Assembly (NCBI GenBank): GCA_026026165.1
Contig: JAPEUD010000014.1
Location: forward strand, 186,001 to 250,000
Direction: 5' to 3'
Source of the DNA: Sarea resinae
Taxonomy: Eukaryota
DNA length: 64,000 nucleotides
Shown: piece by piece, positions 27,988-39,596 of the stretch
How positions within the stretch are numbered: the stretch's first letter is position 1
Layout: every line of letters starts with the position of its first letter
Position numbers and translations under genes: made by a program
Notes under the pieces: model-generated
Databases searched by the model: none
The model's input: the letters and a program-made list of their open reading frames with translations, nothing else
What the model was told of the DNA's origin: nothing

Positions 27988-30900
27988 ATGGGACAGGGCT
28001 ACTCACTTACCACGCTGTCCGCGGGCTCGGCGGGCATAGATGTCCCCGAGCTCTCTGACTTGACCTATGAAAAGTCTCTAGGGACCGCGCGGTTTATGAA
28101 GTCTATTCGCGCCAGACATCGCGATGGACTGGTCTTCGTCAAGGTAGTGATGAAGCCCTACTCAAGCATGAAGCTGGGACGCTATGTCAGGGAAATACTA
28201 CGTGGGTTGGGAGTGCTTTCAACCTTGCATGTCTACTGAGTGCTAACAAAGGTCTCAGGCGAACGAAAGCTGCTCGCTGATATACCAAACGCACTAGGTT
28301 ACGAGAGGGTCTTGGAAACAAGCACCAATGGCTATCTTGTCCGCCAGTACTTTCATAGCTCTTTGTACGATCGTATGAGGTGAGTTTCATCCATCTTATT
28401 CGCTCACCGCCCTAATCAGTCTAGCACACGCCCTTTCCTGGAAGATATCGAGAAGAAATGGCTTGCCTTTCAATTACTTTGCGCTGTACGCGATTGCCAT
28501 TCCCGGGATATCTATCATGGCGATATCAAAACAGAGAACGTGCTCGTCACATCTTGGAATTGGCTGTATCTCTCCGATTTTTCTTCCTCCTTTAAACCAA
28601 CGTACCTCCCGGAAGATAATCCAGCGGACTTCTCTTACTATTTCGACACGTCGGGCCGGCGCACATGTTATTTGGCCCCCGAGAGGTTTTTGGATGCTGG
28701 TGAACACATGGAAAAGAAGGGAAACGTCAATTGGGCAATGGATGTCTTCGCTCTGGGATGTGTCATCGCCGAGCTTTTCCTCGAAACGCCAACATTTTCT
28801 TTGAGCCAGCTCTATAAATACCGAAAGGGGGAATATGATCCATACCACGCGCATCTAAGCAGAATAGAGGACAAGGACATTCGAGAGATGGTGGCTCACA
28901 TGATTCAAACCGAGCCAGAATCCAGGTATTCTGCAGAAGAATATCTGAACTTTTGGCGCCGGAAAGCCTTTCCCGAATACTTTTACAGTTTTCTACACCA
29001 ATACATGGGCCTGATCACCGACCCATCGTCTGGCCGATCACCAATTACATCCGAGGCATCCAACCTAGGAGAGGCAGACGACAGGATAGATAGGATTTTC
29101 TACGACTTCGATAAAATAACGTACTTCCTTGGGTATGAGAATCCGAAACCCTTACCGATAGGAGGGGATTTTAGCGACCCTCTTGACAATAACATTTTTC
29201 CTGTGCATCTGGATATCCCAAACAATCAACGCCAGGCCACTACGGTTGGCAAGCGTCCGTCGGACGACGGAACACTTATTTTCTTGACACTTGTGGTGTC
29301 ATCACTCAGAAACACCGCAAGGTCAACTGCTAGAATAAGGGCCTGTGATATTCTGTTAGCTTTTGCGACCAGAATAACGGATGAGGCCAAGCTAGATCGG
29401 GTTCTACCTTATGTAATGACTCTTTTGAACGATCCTGCAGACATTGTCAAGGTCGCTGCCATCCGTACGCTGACACAGCTTGTAAGATCCCCCTCTGCTT
29501 TGTTGGGATCACTTTTACTTACTGGGATTTAGATGGCTCTGGCATCTGTTGTTTCTCCGGTGAACGCTTATGTTTTTCCTGAATATATACTTCCCCGGCT
29601 TCAGCCGCTTATTCCAGGTCCAGATTCTAAGCCGAGACCTATCGTCCGGGCAACCTATGCCTCTTGCCTAGCGACTTTAGCCAATACATCTTCTCGGTTT
29701 TTAGATATGGCACAAGCTCTGAGAGCAGATGGATCGTTACCTACTGCTGATCCGGAAGCAGAAGATGGAATCGATAATGACTCCGCTTACCGAAATCTTT
29801 TCGATGTTGCCAGGATTGATCTGGTGGATCATTTCGAGGCTCATACGAAAGCCCTACTGACTGATCCTGACCCGTCGGTTCGAAGAGCTTTCCTTGGATC
29901 CGTATCGAGCTTGTGCCTCTTCTTTGGCAGCTCGAAGGCAAGCGATGTGTTACTGAGCCACCTGAATACCTACCTGAATGACAAAGACTGGATGCTTAGA
30001 TGTGCATTTTTCGAGACAATCGTCGGTGTTGCCACATTTGTCGGCTCTACCAGTCTCGAAGAGTTCATTCTACCTTTGATGGTGCAGACACTGACCGATC
30101 CTGAAGAATTCGTCGTCGAGAAGGTCATTAGATCGTTTGCGATTATGGCAGAGCTTGGTTTGTTCCAGCGTTCGAAGACTTGGGAATTGGTCGACATCGT
30201 AGGGCGTTTCACAATGCATCCGAACATCTGGATCCGCGAAGCTGCTACTCACTTTGTATCCTCGGCTACCACATATCTTTCAGTTGCAGATAATCATTGC
30301 ATAATCGCCCCACTCATTCGTCCCTATCTCAAGTCTGGGACCACAGAATTCTCTGAGCTGAAACTCCTTGGCAGACTCAAGAAACCAATCTCTAGAGCTG
30401 TGTTCGATATGGCTGCATCCTGGGCCACGAAGGTGGATAGAGGGTCTTTCTGGAAGCCAGCTCAATCGCAGCGAACCTTTTCGTTCGGAATGGCTGGCGA
30501 CGCCATACCTATCATATCATCGAGGGATCTAGGAAGTCGCGCTCTAAACAAAATTTCTAAGAATGAGGAAGACGAGCAGTGGCTCGCGAGACTCCGAAAT
30601 CTGGGTATGAGCCCCAATGATGAGATGAAGTTGCTAGCCTTGCGCGAGTATATTTGGAGGATGGCTCCCAAAAAACCGAAAGAGGGGACAGGGAACGCGG
30701 TATCCCATCTGAACAGTATCATCACTCTGAAGCAACTTGGCATCACTCCACAGACGGTCTTCTTCGATGAAAGGCAAGGTGTCCATGCGAATGTTTCGCC
30801 CCAGGATGATAACGATGGTGACGATGGTAGCAATGGGGGCAAAGTTCACAACACTATTGCCGATGCTCTGCTTGATGCTTCAATGTCGATTGATGATCCA

Positions 30901-32880
30901 ATATCTCGACGGAAGAAGTCGTACATTAACAATAGGAAAATCCGTGAGAGTGGCAAGGGATCATCTCCAGTTCAAATTGGCTTGGAAGTCCCACGTCGCG
31001 CGTCCCCGCAATTACCTCCATCTCTCTCTTCTTCTCCGGGCGCAACACTAGAGGGACAGGATTCTTCCGCACCGAGCTCTGATGTTGAAATTCGGTCAAG
31101 GAAAGCCTCGAAAATTGCGGTCAAAGGAGACGCTGCTACAGGTCAATCATCTCCTGTGGCTAGCTCCCCGGATAAACACGAGCACCACATTCGTCATCGA
31201 AGTAGTGCAATGGGCCTCATGAATAGAAGAGACTTCTCGAAAGCCTTTGCGGAAACCAGCACAACCTCGGAAAATGCCTTTGGTAAGGTTGATGGCCCGT
31301 TTTCACGCGATCCAACACTCTCGGATGATCCGGCCACAGTCGGTAATCGGTATAATCGAACAGTCAGTCCGATTCGATTCCGCGGGGCGCATTCATATGA
31401 TGGCAACGATCCAAATGTGCTGAAGCTGTTGGATTCTCTTTATCTCGAAAATTATCCGACGGATATCGCCGACCTCGGGCCTATGGTAGCCCCGATAACA
31501 GGGCGTCAGTCCATTCGAAGGAGCAACGGACAAGCTGCTGATGGACCTTGGGTGCCAGAAGGTGTGTTGGTCGCAACATTTGGAGAGCACACGGGGGCCA
31601 TCAATCAGGTTACAGTTGCACCTGATCATGCGTTCTTTATCACCGGCTCTGATGATGGCTCTGTCAAAGTGTGGGATGCAGCAAGATTAGAACGCAATCT
31701 TGCACATAGGTCACGCCAGACGCACAGACATGCCTCCGGAGCCAAAGTTAAAAGCGTCGCATTCATCCAGGAGACACACTGCTTCGCCAGTACAGCTACG
31801 GATGGAAGTGTTCACGTTGTCAAAGTTGACTATACTAATTCAGGCGGCGCAACAAAGTACGGCAAGCTTCGCGTCCTGCGCGAGTATCAACTGCCGGAAG
31901 GGGAGTATGCCGTTTGCTCCGAGCATTTTAGAGCCGACACAAATTCGGTCTTGATGCTTGCGACTAACAAATCTCGTATCATAGCTCTCAGTTTGAAGGA
32001 TATGAAACTTCTCTACTCCCTGGAAAACCCAGTTCATCACGGCACGCCGACAGCTTTCTGCATCGACAAGAGGCGTTGCTGGCTCTTGCTCGGTACATCT
32101 CATGGTATTCTCAACCTCTGGGATCTACGGTTCCGCATTCGCCTCAAAGCTTGGGGGCTTCAGGGGGCAACTCCAATACATAAGCTCTGTGTCCGTCCGC
32201 TCAAGGGGCGCGGAAGATGGGTCTGTATAGCCGGAGGCAGTGGCCAGGGCGAAGTCACCGTTTGGGATATTGACAAGCTACAATGTCGAGAGGTCTATCG
32301 TACTGGGGACTCACGAGATGGTCCGAAAGGATATGACCCTTGGAAGGTCGACGAAGAGAAACCAGAGGGAATGTTGGGCCGCTTTGCCACATCTCTCGAG
32401 CCCGCTGGTAACGGTGGAATTGACAGAGGTATCAGATGTCTTGCAGTAGGGGCAGATACGTCTGAAGACGGCCGCGATACTAAGTACGGCTTTTTTATTA
32501 CGGGCGGATCAGACAAGAAGGTGAGATTCTGGGACCTCACGCGCGTCGAAGCTTCTGTGGTCGTAAGCGGGCTGGACCCTGAAGAGTCGAAGCCAACGTT
32601 CATATCTTCACACCCTACGCCGTCCTTGACAGTAAACACGGAGAGAGTACCGCAGTCTGGTCCAACTGCTCCTAATGCTGGGAACGGAGCCAAGGTTGTC
32701 TCAGGCAATCCTGCCAAAAGGACTACTGGACGGCAGCCAAGGTCCACAGTCATATCACTGCAGCAGCAGCAACTTCTGAAAAGCCATCTTGACTCGATCC
32801 TTGACGTTAGCTTCTTGGAATCTCCTTATGGTATGGTCGTCTCGGTGGATAGGTCTGGGGTTATATACGTGTTTCAGTAA
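27988..32880 (+). CDS. VPS15: Vps15, regulatory (pseudo)kinase subunit of class III PI3K: kinase, HEAT and WD40; 4 exons
   Basis: Myristoylation-type start MGQGYS, ARFMKSIRARH, YHGDIKTENVLVTSWNW, PTYLPEDNPADFSYYFDTSGRRTCYLAPERF, HEAT region, C-terminal WD40 (ITGSDDGSVKVWD; TGGSDKKVRFWD). Confidence 0.97.
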
Positions 32881-33315
32881 GGCATGGACCGGAGAGGGGC
32901 GTTTGCCTGGAGGACAATGTATGATTTGGGCATGAAACTCCAGCATTAGTGTCTCTGCTATTGAAGATACTTATCCGAATATGAGAAAGTTTGGTTACAG
33001 AAGTAGAAGGGCGGCCTGGACCATGATCGTGAGGGGGTTTCTCTTCTCCATCTGCCACAGTGCACACTACGGTCTACGCTAGGTACATACCATGCAGCCT
33101 TAACTTCCATGTACTCCACAGTATCTTTTTGAGCTTGAATGTCGAAACAGGCCGAATAGAAGAATAGATGCTACTGGGAAGTCTGAATTGCTCCCAGATA
33201 GAACACCAACGGCCAGCACCCAGTATCTTCTCTCGAGGCTACCAGTCTTCACTCAAACCTTTGATCGATATTCTGGGCAAGCAGTCCGACCGGCACCTGA
33301 ATTTCAATCGCCGCA

Positions 33316-34501
33316 ATGAGGTTAACGGCGGATCTCATCCAGTCCTCCCTCTCCTACCTCAACCCACTCAAAGAACGAGAATTAGATCTCAGAGGTGCGT
33401 TCCCCGGCTGAAAAGAGCAGATACACACTTTGAGGCGAGCTTTGTTGATATACGAACATTTCCACTCTGCGGGGACTCTTGCAGGCCATAAGATCCCCGC
33501 TATAGAAAATCTAGGTGTCGCAAAGGTATGTCCATCGCCGCGCAGTTGGTTGAAGGAAGACAAGCCTCAATACGGAAAGAAGACATCACCAGTTCTGACC
33601 GACTACGCTGTGTGTGTGGATACAGAATCAAGATGCGATCGACTTTACCGATAACGACATCATGGCTCTGGCCAACTTCCCACTCAATCCCCGTCTCCAC
33701 ACCCTCCTCCTCGCCCGCAATCGCGTCTCCAGCATCCAGTCCTCGCTCGCAAACTCGATCCCCAATCTCTCCACTCTCGTCCTGACCTCGAACAACCTCG
33801 CCGAGCTCGGTGATCTGGACCCGCTGAGCACGTTCCCGAAGCTGACCCATCTGACACTGATGGAGAACCCGGTCTCGAGCAAAGAGGTGAGTGAGCGAAC
33901 GAGCGGCCATATTTGCACTCACCCCCGCACGCTGGGGGGAACAGACCCGACGAAATGTGCGACCGAGAGAGATTGACGTTTCTGCAGCACTACCGCTACT
34001 GGGTCATCTGGCGATGTCCGACGGTCCGATTCCTCGACTACCAGAAAGTCAAAGACGCCGAGCGCAAACGCGCCACCGAGCTGTTCGGAACCGCAAAGGA
34101 GCCTTCGGCCCTGGCATCAAAAGTAAGATATCATTGCACGCCCGATTCCTCCCCCTTCCGTGGTCCCATCTCCTCCCACGTTCAACCTCTGCCGTCTTTC
34201 CCCATAATTTGACCTTTCAGGCGCTAATCTTTCTCCCTGGTAGATCACAAACGTCAAATCGCGCACCTTCGACATCCCAACGGACCTGAACGGTCTCGGC
34301 CGCAGCGGCGCCTCCGCCCACGGCGGCGCCGAAAAGGCCTATCGCGTGCAACTGACGCCCCAAGAACGCCGGCGCGTCGAAGAGCTGATCCGCAACGCCA
34401 AGAGCCTGCAGGAGATCACCCGACTCGAGAAGGAGCTGAACGAGGGCCGGATCCCCAGCGGCGGCGGCGTGGCGGGCAATGCCGATGCTATGGAGGAGTA
34501 G
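33316..34501 (+). CDS. LEA1: U2 snRNP A' (leucine-rich repeat), 5 exons
   Basis: MRLTADLIQSSLSYLNPLKERELDLRG|HKIPAIENLGVAK|NQDAIDFTDNDI...LMENPVSSKE|HYRYWVIWRCPTVRFLDYQKVKDAER...NAKSLQEITRLEKELNEGRIP. Confidence 0.95.
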
Positions 34502-35059
34502 ATTCAGACCGACTAGGGTAGAGTCGGAGCGGAGGGGAGTACATTCAAGGGCCCGTTACTTGCAGCCGAGCTCTTCTTCTTCCTCTTCCTCCTCCTTCTC
34601 TTTTCCGTTCTTCTGAATACGGCTTTCCCTTTTCCCCCGTTTTCCCTTTTTTCCGTCGTTCTTCAAAATGGGCGGGACGTATTTGGCGCTGGCGTTGTTC
34701 GTTCGTTTGTTCGTTGGTTCGTGTGTGGATTTCCTTTTGGATCTCGAAGATTCGCCCACAGAATAGTGGTGGGTGGCAATGCATGCATGCATGGAAGCAT
34801 GGTAGAGATGATCACAGTGGTATCGACGTTGTAAATAGGAAAATGTCATGGCTACCTACGATCTTGCATACATAATACGTGTGTGCGTATGTGTGCGACT
34901 TCATAGAATCTGCCTCGAGAAGTCAAAAGCCAACGGCGACGGGAGTGGGGAAGATCAAGGGAACATATTGATGTTAACTAGATCTAGAGGAACTGCCTTT
35001 GAGAGATATCTTTGATTGACTAATGATCACTTGCTATCGGTCTCAGGCTTTCGATCTCC

Positions 35060-35111
<52 letters not shown>
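35060..35111. repeat. (CAGG)13 microsatellite between convergent 3' ends
   Basis: Directly visible perfect repeat. Confidence 0.95.
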
Positions 35112-35113
<2 letters not shown>

Positions 35114-35288
35114 CATCACTCATCCCGCCACCCCTGACCACCTCTCTCCCAGATTCTCATCCATTCAATCATACATTCCATCGTCCATTCAATCATCCAT
35201 TCATTTTCTCATTTTGGAAACCAACACAAACCGCCCAAAACACCCAAGCAAATGCCCATAGAAGAAAGACCACACATTGACACATGGA

Positions 35289-36628
35289 CTAGATGAAATC
35301 ACCGCTTCCGAAACCACCGAACGGATTCGGCGGTGCGCCTCCCGCGCCCCCGTATCGCGGACCGCCGCCGGGTCGTGGGCCGCCCGGAAACCCACCACCG
35401 AGAGAACCGAAGGGTTCGCCGTCGCCGGGTCCGACGGGGTCGTAGCGTGCGCCCGGAGGTGCTCTAGGTATCGTATAAGTTGGAGAACCCCTTTTCAGGA
35501 GCAGAGAAGAAGAAACGTACCTTGGATCCGGGCCACGGCCACCATCGCCACCACCCATTCTGCCGCCGAAAAGCGGATCGTCAAACGTAGGATGCATGCC
35601 ACCTCCACCAATTCCTCCACCGCCGATACCACCAGGTCCAAAGGAGCCGCGCAGAGGATCATGCGGACCAAGGCCGGGTGGATAGAGGTCGTTATCGCCG
35701 ATACTGAGTGGGTTTCTGCCTCCTCCGAGTCCTGGCGCACCACCACGTGCGGGTTGGTGGATCTCGTATTCGTCTTCGAAGCCTGGAGGAGGGAAGTCAC
35801 CAGCCGGGTAGGGGCGACGAGGTGGTTGGGCTGCGAGGGGATCATCGAAGGGGTAGGGTCGGGCTGGGGCTGGAAGTTGCGGGTCTCGGAGGGGGTCGTG
35901 GCGGGGTTCTTGGGAGCCACGCTCAGGTGGTTGTTGCTGTTGGGTTCGGGAGGATGAGGACTCTGCCCTTGTGCTCGATGTAGACTCCTGGTATCCCGGC
36001 TTGTTGATACCCGGCATGAGTTTCTGAATGATGCTGATTTTGAAGAGAGAGGCGAGATCTTTCATCCTGCTAGGTGAGATGAAGGCGTCTTGGAGAGCCT
36101 TATTGATACCGTCCGCCGAGACGGTATCGGATGGTTGGGAGTACGGGAAGGCAGATTCGGAGAGAAAGTCTCGGACGGAGATGTCGAAAGAGGTAGTCTT
36201 ATCGTCGCCGAGGCCGAGGCCGAAGATCACAGCTTTGCTGCCTAGACGATTGATCTTGACGAGGAACTCCATCGAGGATTGCGAATGGGCGTAGCGGAAG
36301 GCGTACGAGGATGTCTCGTTCCATTTTGAAGGCAGAGGATCAGGATCGCTGGCCTCGGAGCGTGCTTCTGAAGAAGACGAGATGAATATTAATAATTGGT
36401 CGAGCTGTGTACGGAGGTTTCTGGACAGAGAGAGCTCTTCCTACCGATCCTGTCTTCCTCTCCTAGGCCTATCAATCTGAACCCAACGGCAAGCATGCAC
36501 GCATTACTAAAGAGTGCAACGGCTTCGTAGGGATTTCTGAGCTGTGGTTCGGAATCTTTGGGTAGGCTCGAGCTCATCAGAGAGATGATGGAGTCTACAC
36601 TCAGAGGGTCGGGCGAGTTGGCTGCCAT
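35289..36628 (-). CDS. PI31 proteasome regulator (Fub1/PSMF1-like), 3 exons
   Basis: N-terminal FP domain (EAVALFSNACMLAVGFRLIGLGE; YAFRYAHSQSSMEFL), Pro/Gly-rich tail with SIGDNDLYPPG, GGGMHPTFDDPLF, PPGARYDPVGP, and a C-terminal DFI. Confidence 0.9.
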
Positions 36629-36998
36629 GGCCGGCTATTGAATAATAAAAAGGATCGAGTTTGGGGGCTTTGAGATGAAGATCGAAGTGGAAATGCAAGT
36701 TGTGTTTGATAGTTTCCGAGGGTTCAAAGAATTCAACCTCAGCAAAGCTGTCGTGTTTTGTGGTGGATGGTGGGGTTGATGACTGCGAACACCCCTCGTT
36801 ATTTGGAGGTGCAGGCATCCACCCGCTGACGTATACGAAGTACTTCGCGTTATTCGTGCATCCATGCTTGATACGAACGAAGTCTAAATTCTTGATCATC
36901 GAACATTCAATGCACTATCAATCCTACCGATGGTCGCTATGCTGCCTTGATAGCAGATAAAAGAAATGATCGAATAGTCAGTCACCCGAGGAATTCAT

Positions 36999-37004
36999 CC
37001 CCCC

Positions 37005-37037
<33 letters not shown>
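36999..37037. repeat. Poly-C tract (C6-T-C32)
   Basis: Directly visible at 36999-37004 and 37006-37037. Confidence 0.95.
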
Positions 37038-37039
<2 letters not shown>

Positions 37040-37151
37040 AACGCCCGCTTAAAATCTTCAAGACTTTCTGGCCATCCGAGCCGCGAATCGCGTCCACAAT
37101 GCCTTCTGCGCGCGGAAGAATCCCTATTTGCCCACAGAACTTTTACACTTC

Positions 37152-38679
37152 TTAGTCGTCCATCAAGGATCTGCCTAGCCTATCATTGAAATCGAGCAGT
37201 CTGCCATCCAGATTAGACTTACGATGCCGATGCGGTTGCTCGCTCTCTCTCGGGAAAGACTCACGAGTATTGCTTTGTCAAAGCCCCTTCGCCACCTCTC
37301 TCTAAATCGATATTGAAGACGTAAAAATTGCCTTCGTTGGTGACTACCATGACTTGTGGACTGTTATTGCTCATCGCAACCACACTTCGTAAAGGGGCCC
37401 CTGAACCGGGGCCAAGACCAGATTTAGGTATCCGGATCCAAGCAAAGTCTCTCGCAGGCTCCCACATTTCCGACACCGCACTGGGCAAATAGCCGCCCAC
37501 CGTAGCAGCCACGCTCTTGCCAATATTCTGTGACGAGCGCCGGAGCATGCCAACCAGCGTTCCATTGTGCGCGCGGCCACGCATAGAAGACTCGGATCCG
37601 ACACTAGAGCTAGAAGGATCGGGGAATGCGGGGAAGGAGTCACTGCTGGGACTGAGGCTGCGGTCTCTCGACAGACTAAACCTATCTTCCGGTGGTGTAA
37701 GAGCATCCCTGGCACCACTCCCCGGCGGAATAAGCCGAAAAACATGGACTGTCTCGGTGGCTGATGAAACACACAGGAGTGTTGAAGTCGTATTGAAAGA
37801 CATACTGTAGATGCGTGAGGGCATTGAGCCTCTTCGGAACTGGTATAATTTCTGAGCATCGGGCACCGAGAAGACACGAATGATGGTCCCTTTGTCTGAA
37901 GCTGTAGCCAAAATCGTGCCTTCACTGTTCAGGGTGATACAAGAAAGAGGCGCTCGATGCGCTTCAATGACATTGACGGCCTCGAGCTTGATCGCATCAA
38001 AGAGTAGGACTTCGCCGCTTGTTGGAGCAATGTGGGTAGCAGATGGGGGAGCATGAGAAGGGGGGGTGAAGCCGCTTGGCGCAGCCTGTTGAGGCCGAGG
38101 ATATGCCAGATAGCAATGATCTGATGAGGGTGAGAGCGCGCAGATTGCTTCAGATCATCAGCAAGAGATTATGACATAAGAAAGGCGACAAATATACCGT
38201 GCGGATTTGGAGACGTTTCAATAGTGTAGAGGAGCTTCATATTGCTTATGTCGTAAAGATATATCTGATCCTCCAAGACCACGACAAGCCTTTTCCGGTT
38301 TAGTCGTACGGCGAGGACAGTGGTTGGAAAAGTCAGTTCGCATATGGTAGATTGTCTCTGTGGGCCGCCTCGTCAGCATAGTCCAAAGGCCATTAGATTT
38401 GCGGCGTAAGTATACCTTGGTGTTGGTGATCTGTAATCTTCTCGGTGATAGAATCAGAGCCACCAGCGAAGTTGAAAAGAGCATCTCGAGAATTGCAATA
38501 TCCCCTTCTGACGTCTCGAAACATTTCGAAAACGGGTCTGTATAGTATATGCGGAAGCCTTTCGAGGTACCTGGCGTGATAGTATGAGCCTGTGCATCTT
38601 CAAACTCTCGAACCTCTGTCTACCTACCGACAGCCAGGTGGCTATAGTCCTGGTTGAAAGTGACAAAATTCATCGACAT
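37152..38679 (-). CDS. ATG18: Atg18/WIPI PROPPIN beta-propeller, 5 exons
   Basis: [43 protein letters not shown], and the lipid-binding FRRG motif ([10 protein letters not shown]). Confidence 0.96.
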
Positions 38680-39596
38680 CTTGCCGGAATCGTATGCGCA
38701 TGAACTGACAGGGTAGAGGGTGTGATGAGGCCGCCCGGGGGAAGCAGCTTTGCGCCGGAAGTATCGAATCCAGAGCTCAAGATTAGGCAACTGAGGTCAC
38801 CGCGGTGGAAGTTGGGGTAGGCTGAACAGAGATTTGGGCGAGAAAGTGGACCGCTTCATGAGGTGCGCCGAGGATCAAGAGGTTTCCCGCTGCAGAGCAT
38901 CAATTGTAGCTCGCAGGCAGCAAGCTGCTTTCTTCGACTGCTGGACGGGGCAAGTCAAACGAGAGAAAGCAGGAAGAGGGGCTTTGGCGGTAATCGAGGG
39001 TTGAGGCTGATGTGCTATTGATGTTGTTGATGGTCTACATGCACTTGCTGCCTGCTTGTCCACCGGGCAGGCTTGGGGGAAGCTGGAAGCACCTACGACT
39101 CGTCACCGTCGGCGTCGCGGGGAAGCGTCCTTGGGTGGTCAAATGCTTGGGAGATGGATGTATCCAAGTGAGGTTCTCTCGCTACCGCCACTACGAGTAT
39201 GGAAGGTACAAGACCTTACCGTGTACCTACCTAGGTAGAGTAGGTACCCTTGGACGAATGCTAACGGAATTGATGTAATTCCGCATCCTCTACCAACCTA
39301 CTACAGTATGTAGTACTCCGAGTACCTTAATGGATTACATTACCTTAGCTACCTTAAGGTAGCCTACATAGTAGTAGCTGGAGGTCACGTACTCGAGTAC
39401 TCTACGAGTAGGTAGCAAAGGCTCCCGGCAATCTCCGTCCAGATATCATCGCAACCCAATATAAAATTATCGACGGGCAGATTGAAAAATTCTGTGCGAT
39501 CCATGTATATATGCGTAAAATCTGGGCTGAGATTTACAGCAGATTGCACCTCCACCTCATCCTCACCGGATTGGAATCTTTTTCGGATTTCATACC

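Noticed and set aside
35277..35957. 226-aa plus-strand ORF
   Set aside because: Antisense shadow of the GC-rich PI31 CDS.
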